Source: Octopus sinensis (lineage: Eukaryota). Taken from it: a DNA stretch of 64,000 nucleotides. Within the stretch, counting starts at the first letter, position 1. Each line of letters begins with the position of its first letter. The notes beneath the pieces are model-generated. The model was not told where the DNA came from, ran no database searches, and worked only from the letters and a program-made list of their open reading frames with translations. The position numbers and the translations under genes were made by a program. This document shows, one piece after another, positions 63,331-64,000 of this stretch. The stretch spans positions 135,470,001-135,534,000 of the forward strand of contig NC_042997.1 of assembly GCF_006345805.1 (NCBI RefSeq), written 5' to 3'.

Positions 63331-64000
63331 ATGATGAGAAAGATGTGTGAATATATATATACTTACAGTATACTGCCAATGAACGAAAACTAAGAACTGC
63401 ATTAACGTACAGTAGGCTCAATACTAAGTAGCCAGCGCAATTTTTGTTGAAAAATTGTAGATTTTAATGAATCCAGCAACTCATCCATAGACATAAATGT
63501 TTGTATGTATGTGTGTGTGTATGTGTGTATGTACATACAGAGAGAGAGAGAGAAAATTGGGAGAGAGAAGAGTATATTTGGTAAGTGTGAGTATGCAGGT
63601 AAGTGTATCAACTACCCAACTTTAACGTAGACGATAACAGGCAAACGACTAATTATGTTGACAACATGCTGAGTTGTTTTGCACCCTAAAATGCTTGGCT
63701 AAACACTTTCTCTTATAGTAACTCTCTAACCGTAATCACTATTTATGATCTTTTTCTTTCTACTTTTTACTTGTTTTTCCTTTATCTTATGACGAATATA
63801 AAATGTGCTCCAATTTGATGACAATTTTTTCTTTAATTAATTAATGTGACGGAGTTCATTATATAAGTACGCCAACTAATACTTGTTTATCAATGAAAAA
63901 TACCTAAGATTCTTTAGATAAGTATAGCTTAATATTTCTATAGTTTATTTTGATTTATGTGTGTATATACACATGTTTGTGTGTATACGTATGTATACGT

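Overview
AT-rich, microsatellite-dense animal genomic DNA. The SINE and repeat repertoire resembles octopod cephalopods (inference). No host protein-coding gene, rRNA, true tRNA or CRISPR array can be supported, and most listed ORFs are microsatellite artefacts. The window is a transposon patchwork: a near-full-length CR1/L2-group LINE (14.4-18.35 kb), a decayed RTE LINE (42.8-45.4 kb), two RLE-type (R4/Dong-like) LINE 3' ends, three mariner elements, two maT/Tc1-like elements, MITEs, Helentron-like non-autonomous elements, two tRNA-derived SINE families and four Penelope-like elements (PLEs), one nearly complete with a ~1.76 kb inverted arm (50.3-56.7 kb). The most notable signal, read by eye, is a set of type I hammerhead ribozyme (HHR) motifs from about seven unrelated repeat families, all with palindromic or near-palindromic stem III. 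They include (i) an ORF-less, hairpin-rich 486-bp tandem array with one HHR per unit (26.4-28.2 kb), retrozyme-like and fused to a truncated PLE; (ii) HHRs whose tertiary C3-G8 pair is swapped to G3-C8 (28.4 kb palindrome) or U3-A8 (PLE pseudo-LTRs); and (iii) several solo HHR-bearing elements next to (AT)n tracts. A LINE/SINE shared 3' tail with a compensatory stem-loop change is also visible. All structure calls are manual pattern reading. No folding or database searches were run.
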